35,411 bases of DNA, taken from the IMG/VR virus record IMGVR_UViG_2654587746_000006, positions 1 through 35,411 of that record; one strand, 5' to 3'. Each line of letters begins with the position of its first letter. The stretch's first letter is position 1. The DNA is from a virus (taxonomy: Duplodnaviria; Heunggongvirae; Uroviricota; Caudoviricetes). The notes below the pieces were generated by a model. That model made no database searches, was not told the DNA's origin, and saw only the letters and a list, made by a program, of their open reading frames with translations. Both the position numbers and the translations under genes were made by a program. Of the stretch, positions 10,326 to 19,604 are shown piece by piece.

Positions 10326-11459
10326 ATGAATCTACCATTTTCATTTATTTTAGCATTTTTCTGTATAATTGGTGCATTAGTCGCCTTCGGCTTACCGATA
10401 TTTAAATTTTTAGATGATGACATTCAGCAAAATCGTGCTAACGGTCTTGATGGAATGCGTTTTTATCTTGCATCATTCGTAATACTTCATCATATGGATT
10501 GCTCCTATTCATATTTTACAACCGGGGAATGGACCCCAATATCCCAGTGGCTTTTAACTATGGGAAAATATGGTGTAGCATTATTCTTCATGACAACAGC
10601 CTACTTATTTTGGGGGAAAATCAGGAACAAGAAAAATATTGATTGGGTAACCCTATATCAAAAAAGATTCCTTAGAATTGTCCCATTAGCTTTCTTTTGT
10701 TCATTCATGGGTATTTCTATACTTTTCATTTTCACGGAAAAAACCACATTAACTTTAACCACTATATCCAATATACTGTCCTGGTTTGATGGTAGCTTGT
10801 GGGATAATAAACCACCAGTAACGACTTTTCAGACTCCATTCATTGTGTTAGCCGGAGTTACGTGGACATTGAAATGGGAGTGGATGTTTTACTTTTCTCT
10901 TCCATTGCTATTTATTCTCAATAAAAAACCAATGGAACTGACTATTATTCTTTTTGCATTTTCGTTTTATTTATTGCCGTCCTTTACGAATACTGCATAT
11001 CTTTGGTCATATTTTTTTGCGGGGATGCTCTGCAGGGAGTTGAAAGAAAGAATTATCCTGTCCAAGACTAATGCAAATTATATTTTGATAGCTGCCATAC
11101 TGCTAACCTTTCTGTCAGCCCCTACATTATATAGCCCACCGGAGACTGCTTTCCTTGCTATTATTTTCTTTTGCATCATATCTGGAGCCGAACTCTTTGG
11201 CGCACTAACAACCAAAGCAGCCAAAAGATTAGGCGCGATTAGCTACAGTTTGTATCTCACACAGGGATTAGTACTTTTCCCAGTCTATAACTATCTGAAA
11301 TCCGCAAAAATGATGACTACTGGCCCCTTATTACTTTCGATACTTGTTATGACCTTCTTTGGCATTTGCCTGTTATCTACTTTCACTTATCATTTTATAG
11401 AATTACCGTTCATCAAAAAAATAAATAATAAATCATCAGACGGATTGCATAAAATTTAA
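10326..11459 (+). CDS. Acyltransferase family 3 integral membrane protein (O-antigen/LPS O-acetyltransferase-like); prophage cargo
   Basis: 377-aa polytopic membrane ORF with N-terminal signature NGLDGMRFYLASFVILHH (LDGxR...H of acyltransferase_3); visibly AT-rich; opposite strand to flanking tail genes. Confidence 0.85.
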   Translation: MNLPFSFILAFFCIIGALVAFGLPIFKFLDDDIQQNRANGLDGMRFYLASFVILHHMDCSYSYFTTGEWTPISQWLLTMGKYGVALFFMTTAYLFWGKIRNKKNIDWVTLYQKRFLRIVPLAFFCSFMGISILFIFTEKTTLTLTTISNILSWFDGSLWDNKPPVTTFQTPFIVLAGVTWTLKWEWMFYFSLPLLFILNKKPMELTIILFAFSFYLLPSFTNTAYLWSYFFAGMLCRELKERIILSKTNANYILIAAILLTFLSAPTLYSPPETAFLAIIFFCIISGAELFGALTTKAAKRLGAISYSLYLTQGLVLFPVYNYLKSAKMMTTGPLLLSILVMTFFGICLLSTFTYHFIELPFIKKINNKSSDGLHKI

Positions 11460-11674
11460 AAAATATGAATATATGCTTGTCTATATCAACTACTTCCCTC
11501 CGGACGAGTTATGCGAGTTGGCTCGTTGGTTTTTCCCGATACTGATGTCAGGGAGACAATCAGTGCTCAACACCAACGTCCACAAGCATGAGAATGAACA
11601 AATAAGCAGTACTGTCCAGGAAATGCTTGAAGAAACGGGGTTCTGGTTAGTCAGTGAGTAAAATTTTAAATATC

Positions 11675-11706
11675 CGCCACAGTTACGTTTTGATGATGCT
11701 GTGGCG
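11675..11706. terminator. Hairpin between convergent cargo gene and fibre-assembly gene (candidate bidirectional terminator)
   Basis: 8-bp stem cgccacag / ctgtggcg with ~16-nt loop, T-rich flanks on both strands. Confidence 0.4.
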
Positions 11707-11726
11707 AATATTTATTTTCGATAATA

Positions 11727-12323
11727 TCACTCCTCTGGTTTGCCAGGCCATTTGACATCAGGCGCTGTAGAAAAATCAACTGCATAAAGAGCGTCAAGAT
11801 AATCCAGCCATAGATTATATTGCGCCAGTTCGTCGCCTTTCAAACGCCCAATAGCCGCCTTTCCTGGCCACTGCTTACTATTTATAAACGCGTTAGCCCT
11901 GTCGATGCGGGATTGTTTTTCCGCTTCAGCGGCACCAACATTAGCAGCATGTTCTGCAGCGGTATCAGTTACCCATTTTTCACCATCCCACTTATCATAT
12001 GGTGTTGATGGAGCAATTCTGGTGTAGCCATCTCGAATCTGACCAATATAATCAATTGTCGCAGACTTTCCATCAGCGGTTGAATAAACCATCATTCCCC
12101 GATGATCTTCTTCCTGTTTCCAGTCGGTGCCAGTGAACAGAGGGACCTTTCCGGCAACGACCTCGCCCGGGTCAATATCTGTGGAGTTGCCAGGCATACT
12201 CACGCCGATATGGATATATTCATCTGACCAGCCGGTATACTCTCCCGTCACCGCATCATAATAAAAACAGCGAACATCACCCGGCTCTGCCGCCAGTCCG
12301 TCTGCATCGAAGACAGGTTTCAT
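11727..12323 (-). CDS. Tail fibre assembly protein (P2 gpG-like / Tfa)
   Basis: 198-aa ORF immediately downstream of the tail fibre gene, sharing one base between fibre stop and its ATG. Confidence 0.85.
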   Translation of the reverse strand: MKPVFDADGLAAEPGDVRCFYYDAVTGEYTGWSDEYIHIGVSMPGNSTDIDPGEVVAGKVPLFTGTDWKQEEDHRGMMVYSTADGKSATIDYIGQIRDGYTRIAPSTPYDKWDGEKWVTDTAAEHAANVGAAEAEKQSRIDRANAFINSKQWPGKAAIGRLKGDELAQYNLWLDYLDALYAVDFSTAPDVKWPGKPEE

Positions 12324-13867
12324 TACTTGGCCCTCACAAGAAGATTAAACGAGATATTACGTGGGCGGTTTTCTGCCGCCACAGGTACGCCAGCATTTGC
12401 GGCGTTAAAGAAAGCGAACTGAGCTAATGTCGTCGGATTGCCATCAACACCTAAATTTACAATGTTCTGGGCGCCCCCGGCGATGAACGCGCCATCAGCG
12501 ACGGTATTCCCCACCATCGTAATAAACCCCAGACTGCCAGTGATATTTCGGATTGCATCTCCCTGCGGACTGAGCAATGAACGTCCGCTATCGATACCGC
12601 GTCCGTCATCCCACACGCGCAGAAACTCCCCCCGGGCTTCTGTCAGCCTGAGCCCGGGAAAAACCTTAGCCAGTTTCGGATAAGTCGCTGCAGAAAACGT
12701 CGCACCGTTAAATTTCAGAAAAACCATATCTGACCATTCATCCATGACCGTATTTGGCATTGCAGCAGATGGCCAGAAGAACGGGATCCCGACTGGCGGA
12801 GCGCCCGCGCTCAAACCAAGATAGGCGAGCAGACCAGCAACATCCTTTCCACTCAAATTAGTCAGCGTATTGTCCAGCGGTTGTTTACCTGACAGCGCAT
12901 TCAACATTGTCGTGGCAAAGTTCGGGTCATTCCCCAGCGCCGCCGCCAGTTCGTTCAGCGTATCCAGTGCCGCAGGTGCAGAACCCACCATGGCCGCAAT
13001 TGCCGATTTCACAAAAGCCGTGGTGGCAATCTGTGTATTGTTGACAGACTGTGCCGCAGTCGGTGCTGTTGGCGTTCCGGTAAGTGCCGGACTCGACAGT
13101 GGCGCTTTGAGTGCCAGCGCATTGTTAATGGTGGTACTGAATTTCGGGTCATTGTTAATGGCAGCGGCTATTTCTTTCAGCGTATCCAGTGTGGCTGGCG
13201 CACCATTAATCAGGGCCATCAGTGCCGCCTGAACAAACGCGGTGGTCGCAATCTGCGTGGTGTTATTCCCCTCCGCAGGTGTTGGCGCTTTGGGTGTTCC
13301 GGTCAATGTCGGGCTTTCTTTGGGTGCATACTGTGAATGCGGGTCCGGTGCGGCAAGATGTTTTGCCATCTGCTCATCCACGTACACCTTCAGCTCCAGT
13401 GCCTTATCATCCACATACTTGCGGGTTGCCAGCACTACGGCAGGGTCGATTTTCAGGGTGATATTGTCCGTGCTGCTGGTAATCAGCACCATGCGCACGG
13501 TCTGGGTGCGCCCGCTGCCTTCAGCCAGTTGCGGCTTATAGCTTTCCGGGCAGTTGCCCACGGCAATCAATGCCCCGGATTCATCAAACAGGCCCACTTC
13601 ACGAATCCACCAACCGCCCTCGTTTTCAGGGATCACCTGTTCAGCAATAATCTGGCTGCTGTTCTGCGGGTCGATATAGAGCATATTCAGCGCAGCCCGG
13701 CGTTTCTCATTTACCAGTGCAGTCTGCTTTGCGTCCGGCGTCGGCAATGCTCCACCACCATCCCCCACCGCCATATGGGTAATTTTAAGCGGCACACCAA
13801 GTGCAGTGGCGCTGGCAAGTTTCGCCGCACCAATCTCCGTCAGCAGGGTATAAAATTTTGTGCTCAT
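12323..13867 (-). CDS. Tail fibre protein (P2 gpH-like) with internal repeats and C-terminal tail-collar-type domain
   Basis: 514 aa; N-terminus MSTKFYTLLTEIGAAKLA...; two ~60-aa repeats (NNTTQIATTAFV...LDTL.E.AAA..NDP.F.TT); C-terminal GEFLRVWDDGRGIDSGRSLLSPQGDAIRN resembles tail-collar domains. Confidence 0.9.
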   Translation of the reverse strand: MSTKFYTLLTEIGAAKLASATALGVPLKITHMAVGDGGGALPTPDAKQTALVNEKRRAALNMLYIDPQNSSQIIAEQVIPENEGGWWIREVGLFDESGALIAVGNCPESYKPQLAEGSGRTQTVRMVLITSSTDNITLKIDPAVVLATRKYVDDKALELKVYVDEQMAKHLAAPDPHSQYAPKESPTLTGTPKAPTPAEGNNTTQIATTAFVQAALMALINGAPATLDTLKEIAAAINNDPKFSTTINNALALKAPLSSPALTGTPTAPTAAQSVNNTQIATTAFVKSAIAAMVGSAPAALDTLNELAAALGNDPNFATTMLNALSGKQPLDNTLTNLSGKDVAGLLAYLGLSAGAPPVGIPFFWPSAAMPNTVMDEWSDMVFLKFNGATFSAATYPKLAKVFPGLRLTEARGEFLRVWDDGRGIDSGRSLLSPQGDAIRNITGSLGFITMVGNTVADGAFIAGGAQNIVNLGVDGNPTTLAQFAFFNAANAGVPVAAENRPRNISFNLLVRAK

Positions 13868-14469
13868 GGATTCACTCTCACAGTGTCAATAACGTGGACT
13901 GCCCCGCCCTCATGCGCGGTGCCGCCAAAAATAATCGTTTCGTTGATATACGGATAAATCGTGATTTCTTCGCCAAGATAACTGGCGGCCCCCACCCAGT
14001 GCGGGCCACTGGTCTGCAGATTGATGGACATGCCGATCATGTGACGGCTACATGGTTTGGCATCGCTTATCAGCCGCTCAAGTTCCAGATAGGTATCTTC
14101 AGTGATGCCCTGGTCCTGCACGCCGATATCCAGGCGAAACGTGCCTGGTGTTTCTCCGGTCTGCCACCACTCAATAATGCGGATCAGAAAGCCGAACGGC
14201 TCCACCACCCGCCGCACAGCACTGGTGGTTCCTTTGTGCTGATGAATATAAAAAGCATCCTTTACCACCTGGCGCTTGACGCTTTCTGTCCAGTCCTCGT
14301 CCCAGCGATCCACAGAGAATGCCCAGGCGAGATAAGGCAGGAAACTGACCGGACAGGTAGCCGGATCCCACAAGTCACGCAGTGGCACCTGCAGATCAGA
14401 AATCCCGCTGCAGGTTTGTGCCAGTCGGCGCTCCAGTGGTGTTGAACCCGGTGGCAGCAGACTATTCAT
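13864..14469 (-). CDS. Baseplate assembly protein, P2 gpI-like
   Basis: 201-aa ORF between J and H, overlapping stops/starts. Confidence 0.85.
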   Translation of the reverse strand: MNSLLPPGSTPLERRLAQTCSGISDLQVPLRDLWDPATCPVSFLPYLAWAFSVDRWDEDWTESVKRQVVKDAFYIHQHKGTTSAVRRVVEPFGFLIRIIEWWQTGETPGTFRLDIGVQDQGITEDTYLELERLISDAKPCSRHMIGMSINLQTSGPHWVGAASYLGEEITIYPYINETIIFGGTAHEGGAVHVIDTVRVNP

Positions 14470-15370
14470 CCGTTCCCCCGTTGGTCACGCTCCACTGCGT
14501 ACATGATGCCGCCTGCGTTTTGTTCAGGACCACATCCGCCAGCGGAGAAGCCAGTTCCACACGTTGAACACCCTCAACATGCAGCGCGGCAAAAATGGCA
14601 CTACGGCGAATATCCCGACCAAGACGCGTCTGGCTGGCAATGTACTTCTGCAGGCTGGCTTTTGCCGCTGCCATTACCGGCTCTGCTTCCGGTCCCGGAT
14701 AGAGAAAAATGGTGGCTTCCACGCGATACGGGATGATTTCTGCGCTGCGAACCGTAAGACGGTCAGCCACCGGGCGGACGTTCTCACTGTTCAGAGCTTT
14801 TTCCACCACGTCCAGCAGGTCTTTTTCTGCAGTTCCGTCGCCTTCGCGGCTAAGGACAGTCAGCACCACCTCTGCAGGTGCCGGGCTGGTTGCACTGGCA
14901 TCCGCCACCCGACCGTCGGCGCTTCGGGCATGAAATTCATAAGCTGCAGTTGGCCCCGCAACAGAAAGCCCTTCAAAGGCTGCAGGCACACGCAGGCGTA
15001 ACGCTTCATCGCTTTCCATCACAGCTGCAACGGGCGGCACAGCATCATTATCAGCAGGCGTCACCGTCAGGCGTGTCACGTTGTAGTTGGCAGCGAGCTG
15101 GTCAAGATCGCCGCCCATCGCGTAAGCCACCATCACCGCCTGCGCGGCTTCGTTAATGCGCTGGCGCAGAAGCAACTCACGGTAAGCGTTCTCCTGCAAC
15201 AATTTAGTGACGGGTTCAGATTCCAGTTCCAGCGTGCGGATCACGGCTTCCTGCTCATCTTTCGGATGAAGCGCCACAAATTCTGCCTTGCGTTCGGCAA
15301 GCAGCGTCTCAAAGTCCGGCACATCCACAATCTGCGGTGCAGGCAACTGCGAAAGGTCAATCACTGCCAT
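14462..15370 (-). CDS. Baseplate assembly protein, P2 gpJ-like
   Basis: ~302 aa from internal Met (MAVIDLSQLPAPQI...), overlapping the W stop. Confidence 0.85.
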   Translation of the reverse strand: MAVIDLSQLPAPQIVDVPDFETLLAERKAEFVALHPKDEQEAVIRTLELESEPVTKLLQENAYRELLLRQRINEAAQAVMVAYAMGGDLDQLAANYNVTRLTVTPADNDAVPPVAAVMESDEALRLRVPAAFEGLSVAGPTAAYEFHARSADGRVADASATSPAPAEVVLTVLSREGDGTAEKDLLDVVEKALNSENVRPVADRLTVRSAEIIPYRVEATIFLYPGPEAEPVMAAAKASLQKYIASQTRLGRDIRRSAIFAALHVEGVQRVELASPLADVVLNKTQAASCTQWSVTNGGTDE

Positions 15371-15716
15371 TCTCTGCTCCTGTTGATACGGAAAGGGACA
15401 CTGGCACACCGTTATTCCGCCGCCCGGTCAGCTCCACCACCATAGAACCGTCAAAGTTGCTGTTGATGGTGATGGAATCCAGCGTCAGCCGTGGCTCCCA
15501 GCGACTCAGCGCCACATACACTGCCGACATGACCTGCAGGCGTAATGCCGGATTTTGTGGCTGATCTATCAGTGCCGACAGCAGGGAACCATATTCACGA
15601 CGGGCAATGCGGCTACCCTGTGGCGTGATGAGTATGTCTTTAACAGACTGATTGAGGTGCTCAATATCGGTAATGGCCTTGCCCGTTGCGCTGTTCATGC
15701 CGTAATACATCGTCAT
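15357..15716 (-). CDS. Baseplate protein, P2 gpW-like (GPW/gp25 family)
   Basis: 119-aa ORF between V and J. Confidence 0.85.
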   Translation of the reverse strand: MTMYYGMNSATGKAITDIEHLNQSVKDILITPQGSRIARREYGSLLSALIDQPQNPALRLQVMSAVYVALSRWEPRLTLDSITINSNFDGSMVVELTGRRNNGVPVSLSVSTGAENGSD

Positions 15717-16291
15717 ACCGGACCTCCCGATGTGTCGCCGCCAGACTTCACTTTATTGTGCGCGTGGTCATCCACCACGATCTCGTTGGAACTCATCGGG
15801 CCGCCGCCCTGAGTCACACCACCGTTGATCACCACCTCACTGTTAATACGGGTGGTGTCGGCTTCCACGATAAACTCCCCGGTTTTGAAGGTGACGTTAT
15901 CCACCGCCTCGATCACCATGGATTTAATACCCCGAACGTACCAGCGCCCGGTTTCGGGGTCGTACTCAAACCAGCCGCCGTCCGGGTATTCCGTCACGTT
16001 GCCGTCCTCAGACTTGGACGGCGGCGGAAACTGGTTTGAATAGACGGCAGGCAGGGCAAAGGCGGTTTCCAGATTGCCGCCCAGGCTGAATAGCACAACC
16101 TGCTCCCCCACAGACGGTTTCCACCAGGTGCGCGAGTTGCCCGCGCGCAGCGTCAGCCAGTTAATCCAGTTGGTTTCAAGGTCGCCCGTTTTCACCCGGC
16201 AAAGCCAGTTTTTCCTGTCCACTTCGGTGACTACCCCAGTGCGGATCAGGTTGGTGATAAGGCGCATGATTTCGGTTAATTGTGCGTTCAT
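15713..16291 (-). CDS. Baseplate spike protein, P2 gpV-like
   Basis: 192-aa ORF, first gene downstream of a late-promoter dyad. Confidence 0.85.
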   Translation of the reverse strand: MNAQLTEIMRLITNLIRTGVVTEVDRKNWLCRVKTGDLETNWINWLTLRAGNSRTWWKPSVGEQVVLFSLGGNLETAFALPAVYSNQFPPPSKSEDGNVTEYPDGGWFEYDPETGRWYVRGIKSMVIEAVDNVTFKTGEFIVEADTTRINSEVVINGGVTQGGGPMSSNEIVVDDHAHNKVKSGGDTSGGPV

Positions 16292-16337
16292 AGGGAAAGG
16301 TTGCCATCAGGGGAAGAAAGGCGGCAGTGCTGCAACT

Positions 16338-16355
16338 TGTATCAGTGCTGATACA
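16338..16355 (-). promoter_or_regulatory. Ogr/B-type late-promoter activator site (TGT-N12-ACA) between S and V
   Basis: Perfect tgt-atcagtgctgat-aca in the short S-V intergenic gap. Confidence 0.5.
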
Positions 16356-16359
16356 AAGA

Positions 16360-16806
16360 TCACCCCGCCAGCCATTGCAGAATCATGTCGCGGGTCATTG
16401 CCTCAACATCATCATTTACACCCAGCAGGCGGCGCTCTGCGTAACGGACCTCCGGTCCTTTGCGACTGACGCGATCACGCAGGCCGTAATGGTGAACACG
16501 GGCAATACGCTGCACCTTGCCTTCAAACTGTACGCTGGCAGAGTCGGCGCTGGCGGCAGTTTTCAGGTATTTTGTGGTGCGCAGCTTTGCAAACATCTGA
16601 CGTTTGATGCGGCCTTTTTTGCTACGTGCTGTTACCCTGCGCGGTTCATAACTGCTGCCATCTGGATTGCGCTGCATCCTGATATTCTGCTGCTGTGTCC
16701 GGCGCAGTTCCTGCGCCAGCTGGCGCATCATGCGGCTTCTCGTGGCTGGTTCCAGATTCGCCAGCAAGGCACTCAGCCAGTCGTCCACCTTCTGCAGTTC
16801 AGCCAC
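16360..16806 (-). CDS. Tail completion protein, P2 gpS-like
   Basis: 148-aa ORF in conserved R-S order. Confidence 0.85.
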   Translation of the reverse strand: MAELQKVDDWLSALLANLEPATRSRMMRQLAQELRRTQQQNIRMQRNPDGSSYEPRRVTARSKKGRIKRQMFAKLRTTKYLKTAASADSASVQFEGKVQRIARVHHYGLRDRVSRKGPEVRYAERRLLGVNDDVEAMTRDMILQWLAG

Positions 16807-17251
16807 GTTTCACCGTCCACATTTCTTCAGGTTCATCGGGTTCCGCTACCGCTTCAACGTTCGACACACTGCCGTCAGTGCTGACCAGCACACGCTCCGT
16901 CAGTTGCAGGTTAAGGCTGATATCACAGACATCATTGCGCAGAATATCCACCTCAAAGGTGAATAACTTTTCCCGTAACGCCGGGTTATTGATGGCATCG
17001 GGCTGGTTATCCCGCAGCCACAGCAAAACCGGGGCCATCAATAGATTCTGGTCGCCGCTGAAATCCTCAACCACCACGTTCAGGGTGTAACGATACTCCC
17101 ATGACATGGAGCTGGCCCCTGTAGCAACCAGCGAACCGTTATCCACAAACAGATGCAGTTTGTCCGGGTTATTGCGGACATAAGGCACCGCTTTATTGAG
17201 GGCGTGGCGCAGGGATTGTGGTTTGTTCACTGTTTCGCTCCTGACACGCAA
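16799..17251 (-). CDS. Tail completion protein, P2 gpR-like
   Basis: 150-aa ORF upstream of S with overlapping boundary; start uncertain. Confidence 0.8.
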   Translation of the reverse strand: MRVRSETVNKPQSLRHALNKAVPYVRNNPDKLHLFVDNGSLVATGASSMSWEYRYTLNVVVEDFSGDQNLLMAPVLLWLRDNQPDAINNPALREKLFTFEVDILRNDVCDISLNLQLTERVLVSTDGSVSNVEAVAEPDEPEEMWTVKRG

Positions 17252-17483
17252 TAATCATGTCCACTTTATCTGCACAGACCGCCCAGGCGGCTTCCGTTTC
17301 ATCCAGCAATGCGCTCAGATCACCGTTAGTGTGCGGCGCGGCCTGATCCAGCCGACACGGCGTCACTCGCGGACAACCACTGACGGTAAGCTGCACCTCC
17401 GGTGAATGCCGGACGTTTTCGCAGCCGGATAATGTCAGCAGGCAAAGGAGTATCAGCCCAGCGGCGTAAATCCTCGTTCTCAC
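17193..17483 (-). CDS. Outer-membrane lipoprotein spanin (Rz1/LysC-like), alternate frame over the end of lysB
   Basis: Signal peptide plus lipobox LTLSGC; starts inside the i-spanin gene in another frame and runs past its stop; GTG start assumed. Confidence 0.55.
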   Translation of the reverse strand: MRTRIYAAGLILLCLLTLSGCENVRHSPEVQLTVSGCPRVTPCRLDQAAPHTNGDLSALLDETEAAWAVCADKVDMIIACQERNSEQTTIPAPRPQ

Positions 17484-17754
17484 GTTTCAGTTCCTCAATC
17501 CGGTGTTGTCGTTGTCTCAGCAGTGCACTGGTCTGTTCTGCTTCGGCATAGAGCCGCGCCTGCTCCCGGTTGTTAGTTTCAGTCAGAATGGACAGGCTGA
17601 TAAGCTGGTTGTTGCTCTTTGCTAGCGCCTGGCTTTTGCTCTGCAGCTCGTCTGCCTGCGTGCTGATGGTCTGGCTGGCATCAGCCAGCCGCCACGTCTG
17701 CCAGCCCAGCGCCGCCAGTAATAACGCCAGCACACCCAGCAGCAACCGGTTCAT
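17326..17754 (-). CDS. Inner-membrane spanin (Rz/LysB-like)
   Basis: 142 aa, N-terminal TM helix (LLLGVLALLLAALGW) followed by coiled-coil-like charged region. Confidence 0.8.
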   Translation of the reverse strand: MNRLLLGVLALLLAALGWQTWRLADASQTISTQADELQSKSQALAKSNNQLISLSILTETNNREQARLYAEAEQTSALLRQRQHRIEELKRENEDLRRWADTPLPADIIRLRKRPAFTGGAAYRQWLSASDAVSAGSGRAAH

Positions 17755-18128
17755 GCTGCTACCTGTTGCGCCATCTGATTACGGGTGATCCAGAAGGCAA
17801 TAACGGTCAGTAGATAAAAGACCAGGGTAATAGCCCATTCCGTCCAGGCGAGACTTACGACAATCAGCAATCGCATCACCCAGCTGATAAATACGTTTTC
17901 TTTTCGGGTAATTGTCTTAAACAAAGATGCCCTCAACTCCTGCCAGAGCGGGCCATTCTTAATTAACGCAGCCTGTGCTACCGGAATTACCGCCCATGTC
18001 AGCAGACAGGCTACCCAAACGCCGGACGCTGCCAGTACCGGAAAAATCCCCTGCGGATACACCATTGCGGCGATTAACAGCGCCATCCATAACATCAGAA
18101 ACAGCCCGCTGATTAATTTCTTTTTCAT
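17751..18128 (-). CDS. LysA-like lysis-timing membrane protein
   Basis: ~125 aa multi-TM protein from Met MKKKLISG... with GGAG-type RBS, directly after endolysin stop. Confidence 0.7.
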   Translation of the reverse strand: MKKKLISGLFLMLWMALLIAAMVYPQGIFPVLAASGVWVACLLTWAVIPVAQAALIKNGPLWQELRASLFKTITRKENVFISWVMRLLIVVSLAWTEWAITLVFYLLTVIAFWITRNQMAQQVAA

Positions 18129-18129
18129 T

Positions 18130-18642
18130 TCAGTTTGCTCCCTGTAAACACCAGGCCATCTCCCGCGCACGGCGGTTATCCAGCCCCTGATTAAACACAC
18201 CTTTTACATAAACCCAGCGCGGCAACTGTCGGCACGCATCCGCCCAGCGCCGCTGATTGAGTAATTTCACCAGCGTGGAACTGCAGGCATTGCCCGTTCC
18301 CACGTTGAAGGCAAACGACACCACCGAGTCATACACCTTTTGTGGCGGCTGTTGCTTCACACATCTTTCCAGCGCCCGCTCCACACGTAGCACGTTGGAG
18401 ATCAGCCCTTCCGCTGCCTGTCGTTCCGTAATGGTTTTGCCTGGAATGACGCCAGATGTATTACCAATGCCGTCGGTCCAGACACCCGCGCTGCACTGAT
18501 ACGGCTGCAGACGACAGCCTTCGTAATCGGCAATCAGTTTCAGCCCCTCCACGGAGGTGTGAAGCTGCTGAAAACCCGGCAGCGTGGCAGCAATAGCCAG
18601 CACGGCCCCGACAAGGCAGCGTTTAACGATTGATGGATTCAT
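18130..18642 (-). CDS. Endolysin, lysozyme-like with SAR-type N-terminus
   Basis: 170 aa; weakly hydrophobic Ala/Gly-rich N-terminus (VKRCLVGAVLAIAATLPG) then lysozyme-like core (EGCRLQPYQCSAGVWTDGIGNT). Confidence 0.85.
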   Translation of the reverse strand: MNPSIVKRCLVGAVLAIAATLPGFQQLHTSVEGLKLIADYEGCRLQPYQCSAGVWTDGIGNTSGVIPGKTITERQAAEGLISNVLRVERALERCVKQQPPQKVYDSVVSFAFNVGTGNACSSTLVKLLNQRRWADACRQLPRWVYVKGVFNQGLDNRRAREMAWCLQGAN

Positions 18643-18838
18643 AGTCCTCCCGCGAGATCTGCCCGTCGCGCAGAAGCTGGTAGGCTTTGTGTTTGTAGTA
18701 CCAGTTGATAGCCAGCATCAGCACACCAATCATCAGGCCGCCCAGCGTTGAGGCATCCTTGATGGACAAATCGCCCAGCCAGGCCAGCACAACGGCGATG
18801 CAGTACGTGATAAAGGCGCTGATTCGCTCAAGCGTCAT
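18623..18838 (-). CDS. Holin (small two-TM, pinholin-like)
   Basis: 71 aa, two hydrophobic helices and charged C-tail, immediately upstream of endolysin. Confidence 0.75.
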   Translation of the reverse strand: MTLERISAFITYCIAVVLAWLGDLSIKDASTLGGLMIGVLMLAINWYYKHKAYQLLRDGQISREDYESINR

Positions 18839-18841
18839 AAT

Positions 18842-19045
18842 TCAGTCCCATAGCTGGACGGTCTGCACGGTGGTGGTGGTCGGAATGTCCGGCAGCTCCA
18901 CCTGCAGCCCGTGAGGTAAAAAGGGGCCATATTCGGCAAGCCCCGGATTTGCCTTCAGTACCTGCTCCGTGACACCCTGCGTGCGCCCGTAATGACGCCA
19001 GCAAAGCGCGTCCACCGTGTCATACTGATGCGCACGCACTTTCAT
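18842..19045 (-). CDS. Tail protein, P2 gpX-like
   Basis: 67-aa ORF between head-completion gene and lysis cassette. Confidence 0.8.
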   Translation of the reverse strand: MKVRAHQYDTVDALCWRHYGRTQGVTEQVLKANPGLAEYGPFLPHGLQVELPDIPTTTTVQTVQLWD

Positions 19046-19509
19046 CAGATAAGCTCCACTGTGCAGTGCGGCGCATCCTGTACCCGGCTGATGGCCCAGC
19101 GGGCGTCACGCCACAAATCACCGCTGGCTTCTGCCAGTTCCTCGCCTCGCTTCACACCCGATGCCGTGGCGTCATAGTCCTGGTATCGTTCGTTGAGCAT
19201 GGCGCGTGCCCAACAATAAACCGCGTTGAAATAGTGCTGAATGCGCTCACTTTTGTCGTCCAGCTGTTCCGCCGGAACCTCTGCCAGCGAGGCATACCCC
19301 AGCATCTGCTGGCGTCTGCGAAACTCATACAACTCTGCGTTGACCTCCGAAATTGCCGACAGGGCAACCTGCTTTAAACGCGGCTGCGTCACCGTGCCGT
19401 CAGTGCGCATGACACTGCGAAACTCCGACAGGTCCACATCAGGCCAGAACGGCGTATTTCTGATGATTTCCGCCTGTTCCGGTGCCTGTTCTGGCGCAAC
19501 AAACTTCAT
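19045..19509 (-). CDS. Head completion/stabilisation protein, P2 gpL-like
   Basis: ~154 aa from Met MKFVAPEQ... preceded by AGGAG RBS; ORF track extends 21 codons further upstream. Confidence 0.85.
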   Translation of the reverse strand: MKFVAPEQAPEQAEIIRNTPFWPDVDLSEFRSVMRTDGTVTQPRLKQVALSAISEVNAELYEFRRRQQMLGYASLAEVPAEQLDDKSERIQHYFNAVYCWARAMLNERYQDYDATASGVKRGEELAEASGDLWRDARWAISRVQDAPHCTVELI

Positions 19510-19604
19510 GCTGCTTTCTCCTGAAATAGAGGGCGGTGGACGGGGTTTTGATGTGGCAGTGCCTTTCGCCACCCCGTGCCGCCCGTGCGCGGGGGCACGT
19601 TCTG

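Noticed and set aside
11473-11661. 62-aa plus-strand ORF just downstream of the acyltransferase gene
   Set aside because: No recognisable RBS, no motif; possibly a remnant of the ancestral cargo gene; too weak to call as CDS
13864-14469. Possible invertible host-range segment near the tail fibre genes
   Set aside because: No invertase gene and no inverted repeats flanking the fibre C-terminus or assembly gene were seen
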